Positions 38,612 through 48,284 of a DNA stretch of 64,000 nucleotides are shown piece after piece. Position numbers and translations under genes: made by a program. Within the stretch, counting starts at the first letter, position 1; each line of letters starts with the position of its first letter. The stretch covers positions 1 to 64,000 of IMG/VR virus record IMGVR_UViG_3300027917_000033, one strand, 5' to 3'. The DNA comes from a virus. The notes below the pieces were generated by a model, which was given only the letters and a program-made list of their open reading frames with translations, was not told the DNA's origin and searched no databases.

Positions 38612-38945
38612 ATATGTCTAACTTTAATTCTCCTTCGGCTATTCTTATGCCCGATTCAGTACCTTGTATCAGTAGGTGATTGTAAGGTAAGATATTCAAA
38701 GCTATTCTCTTATTCGATGGTATCCGCCACACCCTACCTATTTTGTTATCATAAATATTTACAATTGTGGATATCATTTCCTTTAGTTTCGATATGTTGT
38801 CCAACCTGGCAAAAAACCTCAATTCGTTTGTGAAGTTTTTGTGCGTTGTATTCAAATAGCAATCATCACTGTTTCCAGTCGGATCTATCATTATACTAAT
38901 AGCGCAGAACCCTCTCGACCTTAGTAACTCTATTGCATCGATCAT
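38568..38945 (-). CDS. Hypothetical protein
   Basis: Coupled ORF. Confidence 0.6.
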   Translation of the reverse strand: MIDAIELLRSRGFCAISIMIDPTGNSDDCYLNTTHKNFTNELRFFARLDNISKLKEMISTIVNIYDNKIGRVWRIPSNKRIALNILPYNHLLIQGTESGIRIAEGELKLDIYDANEIKSVKRVNQ

Positions 38946-40333
38946 TCTGCTTTTACATTCAACAGATAACCACCCCTGCTTGGTGACAAAAACCTATTAA
39001 ACGACAGCTTCCATTTTAGTGGATTGAGGCTATGAATTCCTAGCAGATAACATAGCAGTGAGCCGCCCGCTGATCCTCGCGCTGGGCCAACGTCCCATCC
39101 ATTATCTCTTGAATATTGTACTAAATCCATCATTATCAGGAAGTATGATGCAAAACCTTTTGATATTATTCTCTTAAGCTCCTTTTCTACCTGTTGTTTG
39201 TGAGTTACCATTTCGCCGTCCATATGGTATTTAGTCTCGTCGTTGAATAAATTGTGCTTTTTTAGTCTGTCAAATGCAAGCAATGTCAGTTTTCTGTCGG
39301 CATCTGGTATAGACGGCAATTTTGGCGATAGGTCCGGATCGAATCCGTCGCACTTATCTGCTGCGATAATTGTATTGTCACATATCTCTTCGAATTTGTC
39401 GATTGTTACACCATTGCTGTAGCCTTCATCATAAAATGTGGTCCTTAAGTCCGCTCTCGTCTTAAAGAACTGTTCATCCGAATTGACTATAAATAATTCC
39501 GGGTTATCCATCGTGGTGTTCTGGTCTATTGCCATCATGCATTTTTGAACTTCGAAGTCCTCTCTCTTGATGTAGTGACTATCGTTGGTCAACACACCCT
39601 TTATCCTGAATTTATCAGACCAGCCAGCACACATCGCGAACGCCTCTATAGATCCTTCTAGGTCTTTGCCTGGCATTTGCATTTCAATGTACAAGTCATC
39701 TCCGAATATTTCATACATTTTGTGCAACCAATCTTTGGCGATGTCCAAATACCTCTTGGCCGCCGATCTGTTTTTTTCTTTCATGGCCAAGTATGCTAAC
39801 CTGATTTCGTGGCATAGCGGGCCGTTTAGGCAGCCAGTTAATACAAGCAAGCCTTCCCTATGCTTGTCCAGTCTATCGAGCCAAACCCTTGGTTTGTAAT
39901 AGAATCCTATATCCCACGCAGTTGATGTCATATGAATTAGGTTACGATACCCAACTTTGTTTTTGGCCAGTACTGTCAAATGTCTTTGCCTCCTCAAGCG
40001 TTCATATCTCTCAGGGTCAACCAGCTTCAAGGAGGCCCATTTTTGTCCACTAGCCTGGAATTCTTTTAATTCATTGTGATAATCATTGTAGTACACTTCG
40101 CAACCTGCGATGAATTTCACCTTATGCTTTTTGGCGGCAAAATATGCGTCTGGAAATGATGCTAGACTACCATGGTCTGTGATTGCTACGGCTGGCATTC
40201 CAAGTTCAACGCATCTTTCCATATAATCGTTTGGTGATGCTATTCCGTCCAATGGTGAAAATATTGAATGGGTGTGTAGATGGACGAAATTAGTTGGACC
40301 TGGATATTTATCTGCCATCTGGCTCGACGTCAC
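38942..40333 (-). CDS. dnaE: DNA polymerase III alpha, N-terminal part (PHP domain)
   Basis: FVHLHTHS, AITDHG, GCE, YYKPR, TNDSHY, GPARGSAGGSL, FNRFL. Confidence 0.92.
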   Translation of the reverse strand: MTSSQMADKYPGPTNFVHLHTHSIFSPLDGIASPNDYMERCVELGMPAVAITDHGSLASFPDAYFAAKKHKVKFIAGCEVYYNDYHNELKEFQASGQKWASLKLVDPERYERLRRQRHLTVLAKNKVGYRNLIHMTSTAWDIGFYYKPRVWLDRLDKHREGLLVLTGCLNGPLCHEIRLAYLAMKEKNRSAAKRYLDIAKDWLHKMYEIFGDDLYIEMQMPGKDLEGSIEAFAMCAGWSDKFRIKGVLTNDSHYIKREDFEVQKCMMAIDQNTTMDNPELFIVNSDEQFFKTRADLRTTFYDEGYSNGVTIDKFEEICDNTIIAADKCDGFDPDLSPKLPSIPDADRKLTLLAFDRLKKHNLFNDETKYHMDGEMVTHKQQVEKELKRIISKGFASYFLIMMDLVQYSRDNGWDVGPARGSAGGSLLCYLLGIHSLNPLKWKLSFNRFLSPSRGGYLLNVKAE

Positions 40334-40610
40334 TGACTCTTCTTAGTCTTTTCCTAGCGGCTAGCAATTTATTTTTTATCTCGTGGAGCAAGTCGTAACG
40401 CCCATCAGAATCGTCACTTTCACACAATTCAATGACTTCGCCAATCATTTCAATTGCATTCTGGACGAGGACGACAACTGCCTGTTTCTTTTTGAACACC
40501 TCAGCAGTCTTTAATTTTGGATCGCCAATTATTTTTAGGAATATCTGGCGTTTTGCAAATTTTGCTTCAGTAGCAAGCTCTTCCATGTCCATATTCACCA
40601 CATCCTCCAT
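40308..40610 (-). CDS. Hypothetical protein
   Basis: Helical ORF overlapping dnaE start. Confidence 0.65.
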   Translation of the reverse strand: MEDVVNMDMEELATEAKFAKRQIFLKIIGDPKLKTAEVFKKKQAVVVLVQNAIEMIGEVIELCESDDSDGRYDLLHEIKNKLLAARKRLRRVSDVEPDGR

Positions 40611-40637
40611 TCACCACATATTAAATACTATATATAC

Positions 40638-40672
40638 GCAACGAGGCGGAGTCGTCATCTCCGCCTCGTTGC
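40638..40672. terminator. Perfect 14-bp inverted repeat
   Basis: gcaacgaggcggag-tcgtcat-ctccgcctcgttgc. Confidence 0.65.
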
Positions 40673-40700
40673 AGAAGGAGCTGCCCGAGTGGACTAAAGG

Positions 40701-40958
40701 CTATTCATAGGCGAATTCAGTCGCCAAATCATACAAATCCTCATCACTTTGGTCGATTAATGTTGGGATTAAATAATTCCACCATCTTACTAATATAGAA
40801 CATTCGCTTCCATTTAAAATGATTGGGCGTCCCGATCTTAATTTCCTCGCAATTGTTTTATCGGCTTCTATCGTATCCCCTACGAACTGATACCACGTGA
40901 TGGCTGTCATCACGAGGTTTGGTGGCAATACCACCAATCTTTTCGTAGTCTCTGCCAT
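40701..40958 (-). CDS. Hypothetical protein
   Basis: ggag RBS; gtatttt motif upstream. Confidence 0.65.
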   Translation of the reverse strand: MAETTKRLVVLPPNLVMTAITWYQFVGDTIEADKTIARKLRSGRPIILNGSECSILVRWWNYLIPTLIDQSDEDLYDLATEFAYE

Positions 40959-41021
40959 GTTAAATCTCCGTTTACGCCTATTTACTAAAATACATCTGTA
41001 ACCACAAGTATATAAGCGAAA

Positions 41022-42776
41022 TTAAGCCGCGACATATGACTCCACGAATCTAACCGAGCAGGTCCAATCCCATGTCTCTGAATTGTTTCCAGTTATCCTA
41101 ACCCTTATGCTATCGCCACTAGTATCAAGTGCGGCTTGTAACGTAGAGCCAGTTCCAGCCGATTGATTATTTCCAAGCGGCCCGCCAGCAGGAACCAAGA
41201 CAGCACCGTCAAGAGCTGCATCCAAATACGCCAGTTGATCATCATGCCCAAAAGACGCAGCGTCATCTGATGTTCTCTTTTTGGCTGCAATTAGGATCAA
41301 TAGTGAATATGCCTTCCACGGTTCAAGAGGCATATCCAATATTGTCTGTGTTGTATTGGTGGTAGTTTGCAAGTACTTTATGATTTCGCAACTTTGCGAA
41401 TGGCCAAGACCAGAAGTCCTGTTCGAGCCGAAAGCTTTCTGGTCAGCTCTGTAAGCATCGGCGTAATATCCCTGGGCGAAGCCACGTGCGGCATATGAAC
41501 GGCAGTTTTCGCCTTGGCAGAACGACCATTCTGCGTTGTTAACTACTGTATTGCTGGAGCCCTGCAGAAATGAGTTGTTCTCATCGGCAGTATTACCATA
41601 TCCCTGCAACAAATTATAGTCGTTGTTACTCGCTTGTACTGTATTAGTATCGCCTTGTATGAAATTGAAATTGTTTCCAGCGCCAGAACAAGTATTATCT
41701 GTCCCTTGCATGAAGTTGCCAGAATTGCCAGTGCCAGTGATGTTGTTACTTAAGCCCTGCAGGAAACAATAGTCGGCCCCGGCAATGCCATTACTCTTAC
41801 CTTGTATGAAATTGTAATTGTAATACCCATACTCACCGAACACACCACCAGTGTAATTGCCATACCCTTGTGTCATACACCCATAACTTTTTCTAGATAC
41901 AGCATTGCCCTCGCCCTGTGCAAAACTATTCTTGCCACGACCTGCACCATATGGTCCAACAGCGGCGGCTATGTTGTTTGTGTCACCTTGTGCGAAAGAA
42001 GACGCAGAATTGCCGTAGATGGTATTGTTATAACCCTGTGCCATACTATTCGGCGATGATGCGTATATTATGTTCGTGTCGCCCTGTGCAAAGCAGTTGT
42101 CTGAATATACATCGTTGTCGCTGCCGATTGCAGAGCTATTCGATACTGCTGTCGGATAAGCTCCAACTGTATTGCCAGTGCCTTGGGCTATGCCTTGAGA
42201 AGCATATACAGAAATCGAGGAGCCCTGCACAAGCATGTCATAGGTATTAGCACCATAATATCCGACTACCAGGGTTGCGCCTTGAGCGAACGCACGCTGC
42301 GTGTAGTTGACGACGACGTTGCCTTGTACCATGGCTATCTGACCGTAGCTAAGAGCGCCTTTACCTTGCGCAAACACGTAAGCCGCACCAACTGACCCGG
42401 CCCCATAGCCCTGTCCCATCACACAATTTGAATTAGCTATAATACCACGCCCCTGCGCTAACGAATAGTTGCCGTTTGCAGACGATGACCAACCTTGGGC
42501 AAACGAGCCAACGCCGCTCGCGGATGCAGAGTTGCCTTGCGCGAACGAATGGTTACCACCGGCAGCCGAAGAGTTTCCCTGAGCAAGCGCGTTGTCACCA
42601 GCTGCCGTGGGGGCCACTGCACCCTTACCAATGCCAGCATTCGTGCCAGCGCCATCAGTGAAGAAGCCTGTGCCATCTGGTGCTGGGATTTCGATAGCAC
42701 CAATCATCTCCGTGATCATTTCCCATTCACGCTGCATCCCAGCCCATTTGTCAGGGAATGTGTCTAATACGCTCAT
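41022..42776 (-). CDS. Fibre/adhesin-like protein with YadA-head-type beta-roll repeats
   Basis: Many ~14-15-aa repeats containing [AFML]QG; G/N/S-rich. Confidence 0.75.
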   Translation of the reverse strand: MSVLDTFPDKWAGMQREWEMITEMIGAIEIPAPDGTGFFTDGAGTNAGIGKGAVAPTAAGDNALAQGNSSAAGGNHSFAQGNSASASGVGSFAQGWSSSANGNYSLAQGRGIIANSNCVMGQGYGAGSVGAAYVFAQGKGALSYGQIAMVQGNVVVNYTQRAFAQGATLVVGYYGANTYDMLVQGSSISVYASQGIAQGTGNTVGAYPTAVSNSSAIGSDNDVYSDNCFAQGDTNIIYASSPNSMAQGYNNTIYGNSASSFAQGDTNNIAAAVGPYGAGRGKNSFAQGEGNAVSRKSYGCMTQGYGNYTGGVFGEYGYYNYNFIQGKSNGIAGADYCFLQGLSNNITGTGNSGNFMQGTDNTCSGAGNNFNFIQGDTNTVQASNNDYNLLQGYGNTADENNSFLQGSSNTVVNNAEWSFCQGENCRSYAARGFAQGYYADAYRADQKAFGSNRTSGLGHSQSCEIIKYLQTTTNTTQTILDMPLEPWKAYSLLILIAAKKRTSDDAASFGHDDQLAYLDAALDGAVLVPAGGPLGNNQSAGTGSTLQAALDTSGDSIRVRITGNNSETWDWTCSVRFVESYVAA

Positions 42777-42814
42777 ATCTCACCTTGTTATCTGGCCTAT
42801 GTTATATTTGAATA

Positions 42815-43618
42815 TTATCTGTATCCGAAGAACTGGTTAAAGAATGAATGCGATCTCATAATGTGCATTACTACTGTTGGGTTGATTATATTCTTCCATT
42901 CGTCCATAGGTGGAGCCTTGACTTCTCCGCATCCCTCGTGCGGGAATTTATGCAAATAATACGCATCTGGGTCGGTTGAGGTATTTTCTACGTTTTTGAA
43001 ATCATGTTCGTAGTAGTCTTCTTCCAATATGTCATAAATTTCGCGCATCATTGCGTCCGGTCGATCTACCAATCTTTCATACCTTACAAAATTAACTGGC
43101 AATTTACGATTTATGATATCGTAAATGCCGTTCAGGGGTCCGCCGACGATCCCCTGATTGCTAAACGCAAATTCTGCCCTTCCCATCATCGTCTTGCGTT
43201 CGCTGTTTTGTGCATAATCGAATAGTGGATTTTTACGATGCTGTTTTTCTATAGACGCGAATACCTCACGTAAATCTCTTATCATAACTAATATTTTGCT
43301 GTTTGGGTACACCCGTCTCAGCGGCATAACTAAATGAGTCCACCCACGGCTTTTGTCAAATATTACAGCCCTGTCGTCGTTTCTCGCGTGCCAATTATCC
43401 GAGAATGCGCGCAAAGAACGTTCGAGGCGATCTTCTGTGCCTTTACGATCAGCGTCTAGATCACCTTTAACTTCGAAAGCGTTGCTCCACGTGTTTATTA
43501 TGTTGTTCCATATAAGTGGCAACGCACTGGTGCTAGTCGCCCAGAATTTTGGGTTTTGGTTCAAGATATTACACAGGAGTGTGCTTCCACTCCTAGGCAG
43601 GCCGGTTATGACGTGCAT
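42815..43618 (-). CDS. Sulfotransferase
   Basis: GLPRSGSTLL (5'-PSB loop), DKSR, RDLREVFAS (3'-PB), RYERL. Confidence 0.88.
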   Translation of the reverse strand: MHVITGLPRSGSTLLCNILNQNPKFWATSTSALPLIWNNIINTWSNAFEVKGDLDADRKGTEDRLERSLRAFSDNWHARNDDRAVIFDKSRGWTHLVMPLRRVYPNSKILVMIRDLREVFASIEKQHRKNPLFDYAQNSERKTMMGRAEFAFSNQGIVGGPLNGIYDIINRKLPVNFVRYERLVDRPDAMMREIYDILEEDYYEHDFKNVENTSTDPDAYYLHKFPHEGCGEVKAPPMDEWKNIINPTVVMHIMRSHSFFNQFFGYR

Positions 43619-43905
43619 CAGACGTTAATATCCTCGTCGCCAGACATTTTGTGGGTATTGACAAAGGCTCTCATGTTATTTATCATTGAGACAGCTTCGT
43701 CTTTGTCAGCCCCCAGCAAATCAAGTATTGCAGCTTTGTTGCCTGGCGCGGCGGCGACGATGCCTTTGATGTTTTTCAATATTTGCCGTTGAATCCTTAC
43801 CGAACGACCAAGCGCCCTCCTGATGGTGATTGCTGCTTGTTCGTTTTTCTGTGTGTTTGTTAGAGAGATTTGGCCCCGTGCTTTTGCGTTGTCTGCTAGG
43901 CCCAT
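43618..43905 (-). CDS. Hypothetical protein
   Basis: aggag RBS before MGLAD; caaatataa upstream. Confidence 0.65.
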   Translation of the reverse strand: MGLADNAKARGQISLTNTQKNEQAAITIRRALGRSVRIQRQILKNIKGIVAAAPGNKAAILDLLGADKDEAVSMINNMRAFVNTHKMSGDEDINV

Positions 43906-43949
43906 CGTGTTGTCTCCTGCATAATTTTTATTATATTTGAATAGGCTGT

Positions 43950-44345
43950 TTCCCACCAACCGCATCCCACTAACTAAAGAGTTGGTGGTTAGAAGGGCGA
44001 CTCTAAAAGTTTGGAAGACCGAAATGAAGGTCGGAAAACCAATTTCTTAAAGATGCTACCTTCGCGGCGGTACCTAAACGGGTCTACGATTGTTTCCTTC
44101 GCTTTCCCGACCCATTGGAGGCTCAACCGCCGGGTGCCTTCACACCCGAAGCCCAGAGGCCATCTCACGATGCTGACTGGTCCCAGTTATGAACAGCGAA
44201 ATTCACTGGGGAGCACTCGGTCCCAATAGGATTTTACGACATCTTTTGATGAAGGCCCGACGTGAACTGGTTGTTTAAAGCCTAACCCGCACAAGCGTCC
44301 GTGGGTCAAGCGGGCACCACGGAAGAACGTTTTGAACGGCTTCAA
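43950..44345. ncRNA. Candidate structured non-coding RNA (family unknown)
   Basis: ~400-nt gap without credible ORF; nested stems and an H-type pseudoknot (44286-44323). Confidence 0.5.
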
Positions 44346-44387
44346 CTTAGATACATTTGACTGACGAACGCGCAAAAATAGCGTAGA

Positions 44388-44876
44388 ATGAAACTAAAAT
44401 CATTGTATGAATCTGAGTCTGATGAATCTCGCATAAAACGACTTCGGGATTCTGTAACAATACCATCATCTAAAAATATTTATAATGACATGATCGGAGT
44501 GTCGGAAAGACTGGCGATAGTTGGGCAATATTTAAGTGATTGGGGCTTTCCAGTTGACCCAGTAAGTAAACCATCAACTGGTCATCCCCCATTCATACGG
44601 GTATGGAATAATGAACACAAAACCGGTGTCGTTGCAATATCTGTTAGAGCATTGGTATCGGGTTATAAAGTATTTGGGATTCCTACAATTGGCCCATCTG
44701 AAGTGTTTATAGAAAAACTTGGTAGCAATATGCGAAGAAAGTCAGCGAATCTGTGGGCCAAAAAAGTCGATTTGGCTAAACCTAATGCACTGCAAACAAT
44801 AAAACAAATAGTCGAAGAAATGGTTTTTCTGCCAAACCAAAGACGTGATCATTTAGTGGACCCAGATGAATCCTGA
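44388..44876 (+). CDS. DPxS-family protein with MKLxxLxE leader
   Basis: MKLKSLYE; ERLAIVGQYLSDWGF resembles 8793 ORF; DLAKPNALQTI. Confidence 0.8.
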   Translation: MKLKSLYESESDESRIKRLRDSVTIPSSKNIYNDMIGVSERLAIVGQYLSDWGFPVDPVSKPSTGHPPFIRVWNNEHKTGVVAISVRALVSGYKVFGIPTIGPSEVFIEKLGSNMRRKSANLWAKKVDLAKPNALQTIKQIVEEMVFLPNQRRDHLVDPDES

Positions 44877-45390
44877 AGAAATAGCCAAGTTGATCACGGA
44901 AGATCCCGACGTCTTCGAAGACTGGGATGAAGCTGATATAGGATTGGTGGAAACGATGAATCCAGAGGATATAGCCAAGTTGATCACGGAAGATCCGGAC
45001 ACTCCGGACATTCTGGATCTCGTAAGTCAAAAATTATTCGAATTAGGCTATAGCCACGAGAACAGGTGGGGCGGATTATTGATTCGCCCTGAGCAGCTGA
45101 ACATCGAAGGCGTAGAAGACTGCGAAGGGCTTTATATCGAAGATAAAGGCCAAGCCAACATTAACATGATCATGATAGACAAGAACGCGCCTGAGGCTTT
45201 CGGTCCTGGAGACTTCACGCCATGGTGGTCGGGGACCTTCCTGAAGAACATCTGGCGTCGACCAACAGGTTACTTTGACTATTGGTATCCATTGAATTTG
45301 GCTGATCCCGAAGAATATGAAGAATTTGAAGAAATTCTTAAATGGTCGATGGAAGATTGGAGAGGCTATTGGAGACTGGGTCAACTGTGA
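44866..45390 (+). CDS. Protein with two ITEDPD leaders and a DPxS-like domain
   Basis: MNPEEIAKLITEDPD, MNPEDIAKLITEDPD; NLADPEEY. Confidence 0.85.
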   Translation: MNPEEIAKLITEDPDVFEDWDEADIGLVETMNPEDIAKLITEDPDTPDILDLVSQKLFELGYSHENRWGGLLIRPEQLNIEGVEDCEGLYIEDKGQANINMIMIDKNAPEAFGPGDFTPWWSGTFLKNIWRRPTGYFDYWYPLNLADPEEYEEFEEILKWSMEDWRGYWRLGQL

Positions 45391-46229
45391 ACCCTAAAGA
45401 TATAGCCCGGATGATTACTGAAGACCCGGATATGACGGAAGATATAGACGACCTGACAATATTGGGGTGGTTCAAAGAATATCTTGAAAATAGCCCGATT
45501 ATTGCGAAGGCTTTTGAACACGGTCGCTTTGGCAAGTTCATCAGGTACGATTTTGAAAACTTTGGGCCTGTCCAGAGCAAACCGTGGGTGCGTCTCAATA
45601 TAACGACATCTGCACACAGTGGCGCTGTAATTGTACACAATGGCAAACTTGAATTATTTAATTATTTCATGCCAAAAACGCGCATCGTAGACTTGGCTGA
45701 TCCGAACGCATTTGAACGTGCTACAGAGATTATAGTAGAGCTATTGTTCGCTGGTCCTGCTCGTCGGGCTTTCCAGACAGAGGAAATGAATCGCCCTGAC
45801 CCAGAAAATACAATCAGGTTGGTCGAAGAAGACCCGAACGCTAAGTCTATAGAAGAAATAGCGAGTGAGGTGCGTTTAAAGGCAAGCCAACTAGGGATTG
45901 ATCTTCCACCGACATCGGTCATGTGGACAGATAAAGACACTAGTCATTATGATTTTAAAGATATCTATATAAGCCAAAGGGATGCTGATGATGCATTTGC
46001 GATTGTGGCGCACGAATATGGACACGTTTTGTATGATATGCTGTCAAAAGAACAGCAAGACATGTGGTTTGAGTTGGTGAATAAAGAAGTCTTCAATGGC
46101 AAATTATATCCTGCCCATGGTGACGAAGTTTTTGCTAGAAGTTTCCAACACGTGATCGCAAATGAGTCAGAACCAGCTTATGAAGCTGCTAGAGATGCAT
46201 TTTTTAAAATAATGTCATATGAATCCTAA
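45387..46229 (+). CDS. ITEDPD leader + DPxS domain + zincin metallopeptidase domain
   Basis: GTG start coupled to prior stop; DLADPNAF; HEYGH...DEVFA. Confidence 0.75.
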   Translation: MNPKDIARMITEDPDMTEDIDDLTILGWFKEYLENSPIIAKAFEHGRFGKFIRYDFENFGPVQSKPWVRLNITTSAHSGAVIVHNGKLELFNYFMPKTRIVDLADPNAFERATEIIVELLFAGPARRAFQTEEMNRPDPENTIRLVEEDPNAKSIEEIASEVRLKASQLGIDLPPTSVMWTDKDTSHYDFKDIYISQRDADDAFAIVAHEYGHVLYDMLSKEQQDMWFELVNKEVFNGKLYPAHGDEVFARSFQHVIANESEPAYEAARDAFFKIMSYES

Positions 46230-46953
46230 AGACATAGCTCGGCTGATCACTGAAGATCCTGATATCTTTAACGAAGACTGGGAAGAATTAGGCATCGAAG
46301 ATCCATTTGCTATTGATGAAGACGAAATTAAAAAGAAATGGACTGCGGCATTAATGGATGCGATGGGCCAAGAATGGGCGTCAATACTAAATGAGAATGA
46401 TAAGGAGCAGATCCTTGCTGATCAAGATAAGTTCGTAGAGATATTAAAATATGCTAAGGAGGTGGCAGAGAAAAGATACCCGCAGTATACTGTAGACGAG
46501 TATTTGCGTAATGCCGCCATATCTGTGGTGGCTTTCCAGGTGAACATGAGAACGCCCAAGAAGGCTCCTCCAGAAACTCCGCCAGAGACGAAGTATACGG
46601 TTTTCCTCTCAGACCCAGAAATGATGCTGGAATTAACCACCAACCCGCAAAACTGGAAGAATTACATAGCGATTATCAAAAGAGAGCTAGGAGACGGTCC
46701 TTATTATTGGCAGCAATTTGATTCTGATACTGGAATGTTATACAATGGACTTTATGCTTACCCAGTGCCAGACGAGCACGTGCTGGAATATTATGACGTA
46801 TGGTGGATGTATGTAAATATTATCGAAAAAATAACAGACCCTGAAGAGATTGCCAATACCATACCAGCAATGGGCGACTATAACCTAGGTGGCATCGTGG
46901 TATTCAAAAACATGAATGATTTGCTTACTAGGTGGGAGCCACTTAGTTTATAA
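46219..46953 (+). CDS. ITEDPD-leader hypothetical protein
   Basis: MNPKDIARLITEDPD. Confidence 0.8.
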   Translation: MNPKDIARLITEDPDIFNEDWEELGIEDPFAIDEDEIKKKWTAALMDAMGQEWASILNENDKEQILADQDKFVEILKYAKEVAEKRYPQYTVDEYLRNAAISVVAFQVNMRTPKKAPPETPPETKYTVFLSDPEMMLELTTNPQNWKNYIAIIKRELGDGPYYWQQFDSDTGMLYNGLYAYPVPDEHVLEYYDVWWMYVNIIEKITDPEEIANTIPAMGDYNLGGIVVFKNMNDLLTRWEPLSL

Positions 46954-46976
46954 AGGCCGGGTTATCTGGCCTTTTT
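46952..46976 (+). terminator. Rho-independent terminator
   Basis: aaaggccgg-gttat-ctggccttttt. Confidence 0.7.
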
Positions 46977-46986
46977 ATGAGAGAAT

Positions 46987-47712
46987 ATGGAACCGATAGA
47001 CATAGCTCGGCTGATTACGGAAGACCCGGATATTGCAGCCGATTTCTTTCATGGATACAGATCGTATGGCGACAGAACCAATATGTTGAGGATTTTGGAA
47101 AATGGCATAGCCGTCCCAGATACTATGGAAACATATTGGAGTTGGGATCCTATTCTTTATTATTGGTATAACAAAGACGCAACGCCGGGATATAAGAAAG
47201 GGAGACTTGTTGGTAATATCGTAGAGGTAAGGTTCACAGAAAATGATCCGAACGTGGGTGGTTTTGGGGATGGCCAGCCTCTATATGCGTATATGGTGGC
47301 TAGAGACAAAGAGTGGGTTGACAAACATCATATGGCTAAAGCGGAAAATCTACTAGACGAATTACCACCTGCAATGAAAAAATCATTCCTAGACCTGCAG
47401 CAGCAAATTACAGGAGATCCAAAATGGCGTGGTGATTGGATGTTTGCTGGCATTTTGCCTGACTACCACAAACAGGCAGCTGTTGATTGGTTTAGAGATG
47501 CAAGACGATACTTGTCGGCAGTTGGTACGGCATCTAGTCATGAATTTAATTATGTTGGCCCTATCATTTCGTTTGGTGACCCAAATAATACTTCAATAGT
47601 TGGTATTTACGAATTATACAAAGATACCGGAGAAATCTACAAGGCATATTATACTTGTGGATTGTCGAAAATCGGATCGGACCTTTTCGCGTCACACAGA
47701 AAAACAACATGA
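46987..47712 (+). CDS. ITEDPD-leader protein, possible ADP-ribosyltransferase fold
   Basis: MEPIDIARLITEDPD; FFHG...ILENGI...YWS...HEF. Confidence 0.55.
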   Translation: MEPIDIARLITEDPDIAADFFHGYRSYGDRTNMLRILENGIAVPDTMETYWSWDPILYYWYNKDATPGYKKGRLVGNIVEVRFTENDPNVGGFGDGQPLYAYMVARDKEWVDKHHMAKAENLLDELPPAMKKSFLDLQQQITGDPKWRGDWMFAGILPDYHKQAAVDWFRDARRYLSAVGTASSHEFNYVGPIISFGDPNNTSIVGIYELYKDTGEIYKAYYTCGLSKIGSDLFASHRKTT

Positions 47713-47819
47713 AGAAGCCAATTGAAGTTAAGCCGCAGCCAATTAGTTATGGCTGTGTAGGATTGGCTTTATTTGCACTGGCGGTTATCATCACAATTGT
47801 TATTGGGATTTATCTATGA
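47709..47819 (+). CDS. Small membrane protein (36 aa)
   Basis: ATGA-coupled on both sides; one hydrophobic helix. Confidence 0.55.
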   Translation: MKKPIEVKPQPISYGCVGLALFALAVIITIVIGIYL

Positions 47820-48247
47820 ATACAAAAGACATAGCCATGTTAATCACTGAGGATCCAGATGTGGCCGAATCGCTAAGAATACTCATTTTAGATGATGATC
47901 CACATCCTGATGACCCAGACAACTTTTCAAAAGCTGGCCAATTCAGAATTAAGGCATTCAAGAAGAAGTTTATCGGGCATGTTGTTAAATGGGTTAGAAC
48001 CGCTGAACAGGCTATAGATGAACTAGCAAACAACGACTGGGATGTGTTGTTCCTGGATCACGATCTTGGTGGCGAAATATATGTAGATTCTGGGCCTGGT
48101 ACAGGTTACGAAGTGGCCGTGTGGCTTGAGAAAAACCCAGACAGACAGCCACCGCAGATATTCTTACACAGCCTAAATTCTGTTGGTAGGCAAAATATGC
48201 AAGCGGCCTTACCAAATGCAACGCAAACGCCGTTCGCGTGGAAATAG
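47816..48247 (+). CDS. ITEDPD leader + cyclic-phosphate-processing-type receiver (cREC) domain
   Basis: ILILDDD, VRT, LFLDHDLG, TGYEVA, HSLNSVG. Confidence 0.8.
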   Translation: MNTKDIAMLITEDPDVAESLRILILDDDPHPDDPDNFSKAGQFRIKAFKKKFIGHVVKWVRTAEQAIDELANNDWDVLFLDHDLGGEIYVDSGPGTGYEVAVWLEKNPDRQPPQIFLHSLNSVGRQNMQAALPNATQTPFAWK

Positions 48248-48284
48248 AGGCAAAGATAATTTATGAATACATTGTGTGCGAAAC

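Noticed and set aside
35464-40333. Split intein or intron in dnaE
   Set aside because: No Cys/Ser-start or His-Asn-end intein blocks; intervening DNA is filled by coupled ORFs with no homing endonuclease motif
43983-44345. tmRNA or RNase P RNA
   Set aside because: Size, pseudoknot and minus-strand CCA end are suggestive, but there is no TTCRA T-loop, no alanyl-type acceptor stem and no GAGGAAAGTCC motif
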